Assembly: GCA_963823195.1 (NCBI GenBank) | Contig: CAWGKR010000011.1 | Location: forward strand, 534,122 to 598,121 | Reading direction: 5' to 3' | Source: an uncultured Acidobacteriota bacterium | Lineage (GTDB): Bacteria > Acidobacteriota > Vicinamibacteria > Fen-336 | Length of the DNA stretch: 64,000 bases | Shown: one piece after another, positions 45,849-58,786 of the stretch | How the letters are laid out: each line of letters opens with the position of its first letter | Position numbering within the stretch: the stretch's first letter is position 1 | Position numbers and translations under genes: made by a program | Notes under the pieces: model-generated | Told to the model about the DNA's origin: nothing | Databases searched by the model: none | The model's input: only the letters and a program-made list of their open reading frames with translations

Positions 45849-47171
45849 TTGCGCGCCGTCGACGTCATCCAGCGGAAGCGCGACGGCCACGAGCTGAGCC
45901 GCCGAGGAGATCGGCGTTCTTCGTCGGCGGCTACGCGCGCGGGCGAGATCCCCGACTACCAGGCCTCGGCCTTCGCCATGGCCATCTTCTTCCGCGGCAT
46001 GACCGCCGCCGAGACCGTGGCGCTCACCGAGGCCATGATGCGGACCGGCGAGGTGCTCGACCTGTCCGACCTGCCCGGACCGAAGGTCGACAAGCACTCG
46101 ACGGGCGGGCGTCGGCGACAAGACGAGCCTCGTGCTCGCGCCCGCTCGCCGCGGCCTGCGGCGTCTACGTGCCGATGATCTCGGGCCGCGGCCTCGGCCA
46201 CACCGGCGGGACCCTCGACAAGCTCGAGTCGATCCCGGGCTTCCGGGTCGGCCTCACCCTCGCCGAGTTCCGCGTCGGTGCTCGCGCAAGTGCGGCCTCG
46301 GCCTCATCGGCCAGACCGCCGGAGATCGCCCCCGCCGACCGCAAGCTCTACGCCCTGCGCGACGTCACCGCCACCGTCGAGAGCCTGCCCCTGATCGCGG
46401 CGTCGATCATGAGCAAGAAGATGGCCGAGGGGATCGACGCCCTGGTCCTCGACGTGAAGACGCGGCGACGGCGCCTTCATGCCCGCCTTCGCCGACGCGA
46501 AGGCCCTGGCCGAGACGATGGTCGCCATCGGCCGCGGCATGGGCAAGAAGGTCACCGCCCTCCTCACCGACATGGACCAGCCCCTCGGACGCGCCGCTGG
46601 GCAACGCCCTCGAGGTCGCCGAGTGCGTCGAGACCCTCAAGGGCCGCGGGCCCACCGACCTCGAGTCGCTCTCGGTCGAGCTCGCGGCCTGGATGGTCAT
46701 TCCTCGGCGGGTCTTGCGGCCGACGCTCGACGCGGCCCGGAAGGGTGTCGCGAGGCCCTCCGGTCGGGGGCCGGCCTCCGGAAGTTCCAGGAGGTCATCG
46801 AGCTGCAGGGCGGCGATCCCCGAGTCTGCGACGACACCGCGCCGCCTCCCGCGCGCCCGCGAGACGGTGGACGTGCGCGCCGAGCGCGACGGGTACGTGT
46901 CGCGCGCATCGCCTGCCGCGCCGTCGGGCCACGCCACCATGCTGCTCGGCGCGGGGCGCGAGACCGTGACGAGCGCCATCGACCCCGCGGTCGGCGTCGT
47001 GTTCCACAAGAAGGTCGGCGACCCCGTCGGAAAGGGACGAGCCCTTGCTCACCGTGCACGCGAACGACCGAAGCCGCCTGGACGAGAGCCTGGGCTGTGC
47101 TGAGGAGAGCCGTCGAAATCTCCGAGACCCGCCCCGCGGCGCGTCCGTTGATCCACCAGATCCTTTCTTGA
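45849..47171 (+). pseudogene. deoA: Thymidine/pyrimidine-nucleoside phosphorylase, with at least 6 frameshifts
   Basis: The pieces tile colinearly: [56 protein letters not shown](VGDK), [86 protein letters not shown]. Confidence 0.85.
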
Positions 47172-47189
47172 GCTAGGGGAAGAACCGGC

Positions 47190-48425
47190 ATGGAACGCCT
47201 CACCTCGCTCCTCGGCCTGCTCGTCTTCCTGGGGATCGCCTATGGCCCTCTCCACGGACCGGCGGGCGATCCGCCTGCAGCACCGTGCTCTGGGGACTCG
47301 GGCTGCAGTTCGCCCTCGCCCTCTTCGTCCTGAAGACGCGGCGCGGGCCAGGCGCTCTTCTCCTGGCTCGGCGCCAAGATCACCCGCATCCTGAGCTTCT
47401 CCTACGTCGGCTCGGAGTTCGTCTTCGGGAAGATCGGGCGCGCACGGGCGGGCGGCGGCACCTTCGGCGTTCATCTTCGCGTTCCAGATCCTGCCCACGA
47501 TCATCTTCGTGGCCGCGACCTTCGCGATCCTCTACCACCTCGGCGTGATGCAGGTCGATCGTGCAGGGCCTTCGCCGAAGGTCATGACGCGCCTCATGGG
47601 CGCGAGCGGGCGCCGAGAGCCTGAACGTCGCGGCGTCGATCTTCATGGGGCAGACGGAGGCCCCGCTCACCATCCGCCCCTTCCTCAACAAGATGACGCA
47701 GTCGGAGCTGATGTGCGTGATGACGGCGGGGATGGCACACGTGAGCGGCGGCATCATGGGCGCCTACATCGCCTTCGGCGTCGAGGCCAAGCACCTCCTG
47801 GCCGCGGTGATCATGACCGCCCCGGGCACGATCCTCTGGCCAAGATGTTCGTGCCGGAGACCGGAGCAGCCCGAGACGGCGGGCATCGGTCAAGCTCGAG
47901 GTCGAGAAGACCGACGCCAACGTCATCGGCGCCGCCGCGCGGGGAACGAGCGAGGGCCTGCACCTGGCGCTCAACGTCGCCGCGATGCTCATCTCCTTCC
48001 TCTCGCTCGTGGCGCTCGCTCAACGCCGCTGCTCGGCCACGCGGGCCGGACGTGGCTCCACGGCGCTGAGCCTCGAGACGATCCTGGGCTACGCCTTCAC
48101 GCCCCTCGCCCTCGTCATGGGCGTTCCCTGGAAGGACGCCGTCGTCATCGGCGACCTGCTCGGCACGCGCATGGTCCTGAACGAGCTGATCGCGTACTCG
48201 CAGCTCGGCACCGATGCAAGGCGACGCCTCGACCCCCGGACCTTCACGATCGCCACCTACGCCCTCTGCGGCTTCGCCAACTTCAGCTCCATCGGCATCC
48301 AGATCGGCGGCATCGGCGCGCTCGGCCCCGAGCGGCGCGACGACCTCGCGCGGCTCGGCTTGCGCGCGCTCCTCGCCGGGCACCTTCGCCAACTTCATGA
48401 CCGCCTGCATCGCGGGGGCGCTCCT

Positions 48426-48429
<4 letters not shown>
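47190..48429 (+). pseudogene. nupC: Concentrative nucleoside transporter (NupC/CNT family), with at least 6 frameshifts
   Basis: Pieces: MERLTSLLGLLVFLGIAY, VLWGLGLQFALALFVLKT, FAFQILPTIIFVAATFAILYHLGVMQ, GQTEAPLTIRPFLNKMTQSELMCVMTAGMAHVSGGIMGAYIAFGVEAKHLLAAVIMTAPG, LETILGYAFTPLALVMGVPWKDAVVIGDLLGTRMVLNELIAY, FANFSSIGIQIGGIGAL. Confidence 0.8.
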
Positions 48430-50440
<2,011 letters not shown>

Positions 50441-50444
50441 GGCC

Positions 50445-50954
50445 TCAGCCGCCGTAGACGACGATGTCCCGGAGGTTCCGGTACCTCTCGTTGTAGTCCA
50501 GCCCGTAGCCGACGACGAAATGGTCCTCGATGGTGAAGCCGACGTAGTCGACCGGTGTCTCCACGAGCCGCCGGGACGGCTTCGAGAGGAGCGCGGCCAC
50601 CTTGACGGATCGGGGACCTCGCGCTCTCAGGACCTTCAGCAGGTAGTTCAGGGTCAGGCCGGTGTCGACGATGTCCTCGACCACCAGGAGGTCGCGCCCC
50701 TCGAGCCCCTTGTCCAGGTCCTTCACGAGCTGGACCTCTCCGGACGTCTTCGTCGCGGCCCCGTAGGAGGAAACGGCGATGTAGTCGAGGGTCAGGGGGA
50801 GGTCGATGGCGCGGCCCAGGTCCGTCATGAAGGTGCAGGCCCCCTTGAGCACGGCCACGAGGTGGGGCTCCTTCCCGACGTAGTCACGGGCGATCTCGGC
50901 CCCCATCTCTCGGACGCGGCTCTGGATCGCGTCATGGGACAACAACACCTTCAT
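50445..50954 (-). CDS. hpt: Hypoxanthine(-guanine) phosphoribosyltransferase
   Basis: Intact 169-aa ORF. Motifs: LVAVLKGACTFMTDL, the PRPP loop DLLVVEDIVDTGLTL, and FVVGYGLDYNERYRNL. Confidence 0.9.
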   Translation of the reverse strand: MKVLLSHDAIQSRVREMGAEIARDYVGKEPHLVAVLKGACTFMTDLGRAIDLPLTLDYIAVSSYGAATKTSGEVQLVKDLDKGLEGRDLLVVEDIVDTGLTLNYLLKVLRARGPRSVKVAALLSKPSRRLVETPVDYVGFTIEDHFVVGYGLDYNERYRNLRDIVVYGG

Positions 50955-51231
50955 CGCTCGGCCTCCTCGGGGAACGGGATTATACGTCGCTGGCGCCGGT
51001 CGAACACCCGGGGGACGGGGGCCGGGGGGCTCCTCTCGCCCCTGACCAATACCTTGAATGCCCTCCGGGGCCCCGGGAACGAGGAGGCCCGTTGGTCCCC
51101 ATCCCCCTCAAAAAAGGGATCTTTTGCCCGGGCTCCCACGTCTCATCCCTGTGAGGCTCACGGTGCCCGGCTATAATCCCCGTTCGGTTCTAGGGCGTCC
51201 CGTCCAAGCCAAGCTGGAGGTTACTTTCGAC

Positions 51232-52893
51232 ATGATTCGACAGAAGCTGAGGGTCATTTCCCTGCTGACGGTCTTCCCCCTGGCCTCGTCGGGCCTCGTC
51301 CGGGCCCAGGACGCGCAGCAGGCGCCTCCGAAGGGCGACCGGCCGGTGCTCGAGCTGTCCATCGGCGATGCGGTCGAGCGGGCGCTCAAGAACAACACCG
51401 ATCTGGCCGTCGAGAGATTCAACCCGGAAGGGAGCGCCGAGGACGTGCGCAGCGCCGAGGGTGCGTACGACCCGCTCCTCCAGGCGCAGGTCGGCAAGCG
51501 CTCCACCGACACACCGGCCCAGAACGCCTTCAGCGGCGGCGACACCGTCAACACGGCAACGTGGACGTGGAACTTCGGGATTGCGCAGCTCCTGAAGACC
51601 GGCGCCACCTGGAGCGCCGGTCTTCGACAATACGCAGCCAGAGCTCGACCAGCGTCTTCAGCTCCTACAACCCGTCCTTCGCCTCCAACCTGAACCTCAG
51701 CCTGACCCAGCCCCTGCTCGAAGAACCTGAGGATCGACTCGTCCCGCGTACCAGCTCAAGCGTCTCGAAGAACAACCGCGAGATCTCCGACGTGCAGTTC
51801 CGCCAGACGGTCATCAACACCGTCGCCAACGTGAAGAAGCTCTACTACGACGTGATCTTCAACATCGACAACCTCGCAGGCCGCGCAGAAGAGCCTCGAC
51901 CCTCGCACAGAAGCTGCTGAACGAGAACCAGATCAAGGTCAAGGTCGGGACCCTGGCGCCCCTCGACGTGGTCGAGGCGGAGTCCGAGGTGGCGAGCCGC
52001 GACGTCGGGACGTGATCACCGCCGAGAACTCGCTCGTCGGAGGCCGAGGACACCCTGAAGCGCGCCATCTTCCCGAAGAACGACCCGGCGATGTGGGCCA
52101 CCCACATCGTCCCGACCGATCGGCCGAGCGCCGAGCAGCGCGCGGTGGACGTCGAGGCCGCCGTCCGGAACGCGCTCGAGAAGCGAACGGACATCGTCGT
52201 CGCCCGCAAGAACCTCGAGAACAACGACCTCTCGCTCCGCCTCGCAAGAGACCGGCACCAGCCCCAGCTCGACCTCGTCGGCGACCTACGGCGGCGTCGG
52301 GCCAGGGCGGCACGCAGCTCATCCGCGACGGCTTCGGCGGACCCGTCGTCAGCACGGTCCCCGGCGGCTACGGCGACGCGCTCGAGCAACGTCTTCGGCC
52401 GCGACTACCCCACCTGGAGCCGTCGGCGTCAACATGTCCTACTCGATCCTCAACCGACAGGCGAAGGCCTCGCAGGCCAAGGCGCAGATCTCGAAGGACC
52501 AGGCCCTGGCGAGCCTGAACCGCCTCGAGCTCCAGATCGCCACCGAGGTCCGCATCGGCGGCGCGCAACGTGGAGACCAACTTCAAGAAGGTGCAGTCGA
52601 CGCAGGCCGCGCGCGTGCCTGTCGGCGCAGCGCCTCGACGCCGAGGAGAAGAAGTTCGCGGCCGGCATGTCCACGAACTTCCTCGTGACCCAGGCCCAGC
52701 GCGACCTCGCACTGGCCGAGGTGAACGAGCTGCAGTCGATCGCCGACTACCGCAAGAGCATCATCGAGCTGCGATCGCGTCCAGGAGGCCGGTTCCGGCG
52801 CCGGCTCCGGAGGCCTTCTCTCGACACCGTCGTCGGGCATCGTCGGCCGCCTTGACGAGGGCCCTGGCCCAGATCAGCCAGAGCGGACAATAG
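51232..52893 (+). pseudogene. TolC-family outer-membrane efflux protein, with at least 6 frameshifts. The 3' end is approximate.
   Basis: M59 of ORF 51058..51693 (signal MIRQKLRVISLLTVFPLASSGLVRAQ; LSIGDAVERALKNNTDLAVERF). Later pieces: YNPSFASNLNLSLTQPLL, REISDVQFRQTVINTVANVKKLYYDVIF, DVEAAVRNALEKRTDIVVARKNLENNDLSLRLA, MSYSILNRQAKASQAKAQISKDQA, FLVTQAQRDLALAEVNELQSIADYRKSIIEL. Confidence 0.75.
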
Positions 52894-53036
52894 GCCCCGG
52901 CCGGAGACACACCGGACGCGACCGCACGCGGGGGAGCCGCGAGGCCCCCTTTTCCGTTTTGCGGCTTTGCGACCGAGCCGCGGCATTCTTTGACGTCCGC
53001 GACTCAACGCCGGCGGCGTCCCGGCGATCTAAACTC

Positions 53037-54321
53037 GTGCTATGGGAAAGCGCTATCGGCGTCGCGATCGGCTTCGTGCTCTCGGCGGTCGTTGGGCGGC
53101 CTCCTGTTCCTGGGCCTGGGCTCCCGGGGCTCCCGGGCCGCCTACCACTCGGTGCCAGTCGACCGCGGCGACATCGAGGACGTCGTCGGCGCCACCGGGC
53201 ATCCTCCAGGCCGTGACGACGGTCCAGGTGGGCTCCCAGGTCTCGGGCACCATCGCGAGCCTCGGCGCCGACTTCAACTCCGTGGTCAAGAAGGGCCAGG
53301 TCATCGCCCGGCTCGACCCGTCGCTCTTCCAGGCGCGGGTCGACCAGGCCGCCGGCCAACCTCGCGTCGGCCCAGGCCAACGTCGAGCGCTCGCAAGCAG
53401 CCATCGACGACGCGAAGCAGAAGTACGAGCGCGCCAGGGAGCTGGCGGCCCAGGGCCTGGTCACCCAGAGCGACCTCGACAGCGCCAAGGCCACCTACGA
53501 CGGCGCCGTCGCCCAGAACGCAGGCCGACAAGGCCGCCGTCGAGCCAGGCCGAGTCGCCGCTCTGAACCAGGCCAAGCTCGACCTGACCACACCGATCAT
53601 CCGGGCCCCCATCGACGGCGTCGTGCTGGCGCGGAACGTCGACGTGGGCCAGACGGTGGCGGCCTCGTTCCAGGCGCCGACCCTCTTCGTCATCGCGAAC
53701 GACCTGACCCGGATGGAGGTGAACGCGTCGGTCGACGAGGCCGACATCGGCCGCGTCCGCACGGGCCAGGACGTGACGTTCCGGGTCGACGCCTTCCCGG
53801 ACGAGACCTTCGCGGGGCGCGTCGAGCAGGTCCGCCTCCAGCCCGTGACCAACCAGAACGTCGTGACCTACAACACGATCATCAGCGTGGACAACGCCGT
53901 CCTGCGGCTCATGCCCGGGATGACGGCCACGGTCTCGATCGTGATCGCGCGCCAGGAAGGACGTCCTGCGCGTCCCGTCGGCCGCTCTGCGCTTCCGGCC
54001 CGAGGGCTTCGAGGACGCGCGCCCGGCGGCGGTGCGCCGGGACCCGGAGGCGAGGTCGCGCCGCGCGGGTCGCCAGGCCGGCCGAGCGCGGGCCCGGGAC
54101 GCGGCGCGGTCGTCTTCCTGCTCGGGAGACGACGGCGCAGCCGCAGCCCGACGAGGGTGCGGCTGGGCCTCTCGGATGGACGGTACACGGAGGTCCTCGA
54201 CGGGCTCGCCGAGGGCGCGCGGGTCATCACGGGAGCCGGGGCCGCACGCGCGGCCACGGCGCCGGAGCGGGCCTCGAGCAACCCGTTCCAGCCGGCGCGG
54301 CCCCAGCCCCGCGCGCGCTGA
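53037..54321 (+). pseudogene. macA: MacA/HlyD-type periplasmic adaptor (membrane fusion protein), with at least 5 frameshifts
   Basis: Pieces: VLWESAIGVAIGFVLSAVVG (anchor), ILQAVTTVQVGSQVSGTIASLGADFNSVVKKGQVIARLDPSLFQARVDQA, LDLTTPIIRAPIDGVVLARNVDVGQTVAASFQAPTLFVIANDLTRMEVNASVDEADIGRVRTGQDVTFRVDAFPDETFAGRVEQVRLQP..VVTYNTII. Confidence 0.8.
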
Positions 54322-54330
54322 GAGCCGGCC

Positions 54331-55092
54331 ATGTCACGCGATGCCGTCGTTCGGATCGAGGGGCTGAAGAAGTCCTACGTGGTCGGAGACGTCACCGTCC
54401 ACGCCCTGCGGGGCGTCGACCTCTCGATCGAGAAAGGCGCCTTCCTGGCGCGTCGTGGGCACCTCGGGGAGCGGCAAGTCGACGCTCATGAACATCCTCG
54501 GCCTCCTCGACCAGCCCACGTCGGGGCACTACTGGCTCTCGGGCGAGGACGTCTCGGGCTTCGACAGGGACCGCCGCGCCGTCCTGCGCAACCGGACGAT
54601 CGGCTTCGTCTTCCAGAACTTCAACCTGCTGCCCCGGACCTCGGCCCTCGAGAACGTCGAGCTGCCCCTCCTCTACAACGGCCGGTCGTCGACCGCCGCC
54701 GAGCGGCACGCGCGGGCCCGCGGCCCTCCTGGAGCTCGTCGGCCTCGGCGCCCGCCTCGACCACACGCCGACGCAGCTCTCGGGCGGCCAGCAGCAGCGG
54801 GTGGCCGATCGCGCGGGCCCTCGTGAACGAGCCCGAGCTGATCCTCGCCGACGAGCCCACCGGCAACCTCGACAGCCGCACCAGCGTCGAGATCATGGAG
54901 GTCCTGCAGCGGCTCAACCGCGAGAAGGGAATCACGGTCGTCCTGATCACCCACGACGCCGACATCGCCCAGTACGCGGAGCGGATCGTCGGCTTCCGCG
55001 ACGGCCGCCTGGTGAGCGACGCGCCGGTGGCCGGCCGACGCGACGCGGCCCGGGAGATCCTGGCGCTGCCGCCGGTCGAGATCGAGGCCTGA
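54331..55092 (+). CDS. ABC transporter ATP-binding protein (MacB/LolD type), with 2 frameshifts
   Basis: [36 protein letters not shown], then [18 protein letters not shown] (Walker A, in the frame of ORF 54455..), then [16 protein letters not shown] and [12 protein letters not shown] (signature and Walker B). Confidence 0.88.
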   Translation: MSRDAVVRIEGLKKSYVVGDVTVHALRGVDLSIEKGAFLARRGHLGERQVDAHEHPRPPRPAHVGALLALGRGRLGLRQGPPRRPAQPDDRLRLPELQPAAPDLGPRERRAAPPLQRPVVDRRRAARAGPRPSWSSSASAPASTTRRRSSRAASSSGWPIARALVNEPELILADEPTGNLDSRTSVEIMEVLQRLNREKGITVVLITHDADIAQYAERIVGFRDGRLVSDAPVAGRRDAAREILALPPVEIEA

Positions 55093-55093
55093 G

Positions 55094-56315
55094 ATGAAGC
55101 TCGCCAACATCGTGCGCATCGCACTCGTGGCGCTCCGCCGGAACAAGGTGCGCTCCGCCCTCACGGCCCTCGGCGTCATCATCGGCGTCGCGTCGGTCAT
55201 CGCCATGATCGCCCTCTCCTCGGGCGCTCGCGCAGCCATCGACGCGCAGATCCAGGCCACGGGCACGAACGTCGTCTACGTCTCCGCGGGCAGCTTCGGG
55301 CGGACGGGCGCCGTGCGCCAGGGGATCGGCTCCGTCCAGACCCTGACCCTCGACGACGCCCAGGCCCTGCGGGACCAGGTCCCGACGATCGCGCATCTGA
55401 CGCCCGTGGTGCGCGGGCGCGTGCAGGCCATCACCGGCAACGAGAACTGGGCCACGTCCATCGAAGGCGGAAACGAGGACTACGTCGCTGGTCCGCAACT
55501 GGCCCATCACCTCCGGCGAGAACCTCTCGGCGCGCGACGTCCTGACCGCCGACAAGGTCTGCCTCCTGGGGAGCATCGTGGTCCAGAACCTCTTCCCGGG
55601 CGAGGATCCGGTCGGCCAGGTGATCCGCATCAAGAACCTTCCCTTCCGCGTGGTTGGCGTCCTCGCCCCCAAGGGGCAGGGCCCGACCGGACAGGACCAG
55701 GACGACGTCATCGTCGCCCCCTACACGACGCTCCAGAAGAAGCTCCTGGGCGTCACCTACCTGACCCAGGTCGTCGTGTCCGCCACGAGCCCCGAGGACG
55801 TCGAGCCCACCGCGGTGGCGATGACGCGCGTCCTCCGCGAGCGCCACAAGATCCAGAACCCCGAGGACGACGACTTCACGGTCCGTACCGTCGAGGAGAT
55901 GGCCCAGACCCGCGTGCAGCTCGCCCAGACCATGACCGGCCTGCTGATGAGCGTCGCCTCGGTGAGCCTCCTCGTCGGCGGGATCGGCATCATGAACATC
56001 ATGCTCGTGTCGGTCACCGAGCGGACGAAGGAGATCGGCCTGCGGATGGCGGTGGGGGCCCGCACCCGCGACATCCTGGGCCAGTTCCTGACGGAGGCCG
56101 TGACCCTCTCGGCCTTCGGCGGCGTCGTGGGCATCGCCCTCGGCGTCGGCGTGTCGCGCGGCCTCACGGGCGTCCTCGGATGGCCAACGCTGGTCACGCC
56201 CTCGTCGGTAGTCATGGCCTTCGCGTTCGCGGCGGCGGTCGGCATCTTCTTCGGCTACTACCCCGCGCGGAAGGCCGCCGGCCTCGACCCGATCGACGCG
56301 CTCCGGTACGAGTAG
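55094..56315 (+). CDS. ABC transporter permease (MacB/FtsX type), with 1 frameshift near 55490
   Basis: ORF 55094.. (MKLANIVRIALVALRRNKVRSALTALGVIIGVASVIAM) joins ORF 55578..56315 (..GGIGIMNIMLVSVTERTKEIGLRMAVGARTRDILGQFLTEA..YYPARKAAGLDPIDALRYE*). Confidence 0.88.
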
Positions 56316-56316
56316 G

Positions 56317-57474
56317 GTGCCCCGACCTTCCGTTCCGGCGCGGGGATTGACCTGGGGGTTCGTCGGGATCTCGGTGGCGGCGGGGCTCGCAGCCTTCCTC
56401 TCGGGGACGGCGGTCGAGTCGGCCGTCATCAGGGCCGTCCACGGCGACCGGCCGAGGCTGGAATGGATCAGCGACGTCATCGTCTCCGCCGGCGTCGTGG
56501 CCCTCACGTACCTCTGGCTCCACCTGCGCGAGTCCCGCACCCGCCTCCTCGCCCTGGAGCGCGAGCAGGTGGTCCTCGACGAGCAGTTGAGGCTCGCGGC
56601 CGAGATCCAGCGGAACCTCCTTCCCGGTGCGCCGCCTTCCGCCGACGGCCTGCGCTGGGCCGCGCGGATGGTCCCCGCGGGTCGCATCGGCGGGGATTTC
56701 TACGACTACGTGCAGGATCCCGACGGCACGGTCCTGTGCCTCGTGGCCGACGTGTCGGGCAAGGGGATTCCTGCCGCCCTCATCCTCTCGGCCCTCAAGG
56801 TCCTGTTCCGGTCCGTCGCGAGCCGGACGCGGGAGCCCGCGGCCATCGCGGAGCGCCTCTCCGCGGCCCTCCACGACGGGTACTCCGGGATGCCCTACGC
56901 GACGGCCCTCGTGGCTCGCTTCGACGGCGCCCGAGGGCGCGTGGCCTACGCGAACGCCGGTCACCCGCCGGGCTACGTACTGAGGGCCGGCCGTGCGATC
57001 GCGCTCGAGTCGGCGGGCTTCCCCCTCGGTCTCCTGCCCGACGCGACGTACAGCGACTCCGCCGTCGACCTGGAGCCTGGTGACGTCGTGACGATCATGA
57101 CCGACGGCGTCACCGAGGCGCTGGAAACGGGCGCCGCCACGCTGGCCCAGGCGCTCGACGCCGCTCGCGATCTCGTGGCCCAGGGGGGCTCCCCGTCCGC
57201 GGCGTGCGACGCCCTGCTCCGTGCCGCCGGCGAGGGGGGCGGGCCGACCGGCGTCGAGGGCTGGCAGGACGATCGAACGGTGGTCGTGGCGGTCGTGGAC
57301 CCGTCGGTCCGAGGGGGTATGATGGGCCTCCTCGATGAGCTCGCTCCTTCTCGTCGGCCTGCTGGCGATCCCCGCGGACACGGCGGTAGTCGGGATCCTC
57401 TCGGACCCGGTTTCGGTCCACCCGCACCTGGCGACGGACCTCGTCTCCGAGGCGATCGTCGCCAACGTCTGTGA
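56317..57474 (+). CDS. Membrane-anchored PP2C-type (SpoIIE-like) Ser/Thr phosphatase. The 3' end is uncertain because it overlaps the next gene by 140 nt.
   Basis: Its GTG start is 1 nt after the permease stop. It has two N-terminal TM helices, then LAAEIQRNLLP, GGDFYDYV, LVADVSGKGIPAALI, YANAGHPPG, TDGVTEA and DDRTVVVAVV. Confidence 0.8.
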   Translation: MPRPSVPARGLTWGFVGISVAAGLAAFLSGTAVESAVIRAVHGDRPRLEWISDVIVSAGVVALTYLWLHLRESRTRLLALEREQVVLDEQLRLAAEIQRNLLPGAPPSADGLRWAARMVPAGRIGGDFYDYVQDPDGTVLCLVADVSGKGIPAALILSALKVLFRSVASRTREPAAIAERLSAALHDGYSGMPYATALVARFDGARGRVAYANAGHPPGYVLRAGRAIALESAGFPLGLLPDATYSDSAVDLEPGDVVTIMTDGVTEALETGAATLAQALDAARDLVAQGGSPSAACDALLRAAGEGGGPTGVEGWQDDRTVVVAVVDPSVRGGMMGLLDELAPSRRPAGDPRGHGGSRDPLGPGFGPPAPGDGPRLRGDRRQRL

Positions 57475-58786
57475 GAACCTGGTCCGGTTCGGCGCCGCCA
57501 GCGGACACGCCCAGGCCGCCCTCGCGACGGCCTGGGCCACCCTCGACAACCGCACGTGGACCTTCACCCTCAGGGAAGGCGTCCAGTTCCACGACGGCGC
57601 CGCCCTGGACGCCGACGCCGTCGTGGCCAACGTCGAGGAGATCCGGAAGGAGCGCGGGTTCCCCGGCCGGGCCGAGCGGGTGGGACCCCTGGTCGTCGCC
57701 ATCGTTCTCGAGAAGCCGAGCGCCGCGCTTCTCGCAACGCTCTCGCAGCCCGTGTTCTCGCTCCAGAGCCCGCGATCCCTGGGGCCGACGGCGACGCCCG
57801 TGGGAACGGGCCCCTTTCGCCTCTCGGCGTCGCGGCCCGGCCTCGTGCAGCTCGAGGCGAACGAGCATTATTGGGGCGGGGCGCCTCGGCTCCGCCACCT
57901 CGTCTTTCGGCGCCTCGCGAGCGAGGACGCCCTCGTGGAAGCTCTCCGAGCGGGGGACGTCGATCTCTCTTCGGCCCTGGGCCAGGACCGCATCGCGCGC
58001 CTGAAGGGCGACCCCGGCCTGACCCTCGACGCCACCACGGGCTTGAACGTGGCGTTCCTCTCGGTCAACAACGAGCGCCCCTTCCTCTCGGACCCTCGCG
58101 TGCGCCATGCCCTCGCGCGCGCCGTGGACCGCCCGGCGCTCGTCGACGGCATCCTGGGAGGGCACGGTGAGGCGGCCCGGAACCCGTTGCCGCCGTCCCT
58201 CTGGGGCTACGGCGCGCAAACCAAGGTGCTGGCCCTCGATCGACGAGCCGCCCACGCCTTGCTCGCGGAGGCCGGCCTGCCCGGCGGGTTCGACACCACG
58301 CTCATGGTCGTGGACTCCCCCCGGCCCTACATGCCGGCCCCACTGCGGCTGGCCGCTCGCCTGGCCGAAGACCTGGACAAGGTGGGCGTGCGGGCGCGCC
58401 TCCGAACGGTCGCGAGCTGGCCGGAGTACATCGACCACGCCACCCGCGGAGACTACGACCTCGCGGTGCTCGGCTGGCAGGCCGATACCACGGACCCCAA
58501 CGACTTCCTCACGGCGCTCCTGGGCTCGGAGTCCATCGGTACGACCAACCGGAGCCGTTACCGCAGCGAGGTCATGGACGCCCTGCTGAAGCAAGGGCGG
58601 ATGGCCGCCGACAGCCAGGGGCGCCTCAAGGCGTATCGGGAGGCCCAGGAGCTCTTCCAGAAGGAGATGCCGTGGGTTCCCCTCTATCATGTCTCGACCT
58701 TCACGGCCCACCGCGCGTTCCTGCGCGGCGTCGCCATCGGACCGACGGGGATCGTGAGGTACGACAAGGTGTGGAAGGCCGAATGA
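57335..58786 (+). CDS. ABC-type solute-binding protein, family 5 (peptide/nickel/opine type)
   Basis: Intact 483-aa ORF. Motifs: NLVRF, WTFTLREGVQFHDG, GTGPFRL, HYWGG, FLSVNNERPFLSDPRVRHALARAVDR, LGWQADTTDPNDFL. Confidence 0.8.
   Translation: MSSLLLVGLLAIPADTAVVGILSDPVSVHPHLATDLVSEAIVANVCENLVRFGAASGHAQAALATAWATLDNRTWTFTLREGVQFHDGAALDADAVVANVEEIRKERGFPGRAERVGPLVVAIVLEKPSAALLATLSQPVFSLQSPRSLGPTATPVGTGPFRLSASRPGLVQLEANEHYWGGAPRLRHLVFRRLASEDALVEALRAGDVDLSSALGQDRIARLKGDPGLTLDATTGLNVAFLSVNNERPFLSDPRVRHALARAVDRPALVDGILGGHGEAARNPLPPSLWGYGAQTKVLALDRRAAHALLAEAGLPGGFDTTLMVVDSPRPYMPAPLRLAARLAEDLDKVGVRARLRTVASWPEYIDHATRGDYDLAVLGWQADTTDPNDFLTALLGSESIGTTNRSRYRSEVMDALLKQGRMAADSQGRLKAYREAQELFQKEMPWVPLYHVSTFTAHRAFLRGVAIGPTGIVRYDKVWKAE

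Noticed and set aside
55431-58711. Three long minus-strand ORFs (55431..56687, 56212..57702, 57110..58711), each over 400 aa
   Set aside because: They are antisense to the permease, PP2C and SBP genes, all of which carry clear motifs. The minus-strand translations are Arg/Gly/Pro-rich and have no recognisable domains.
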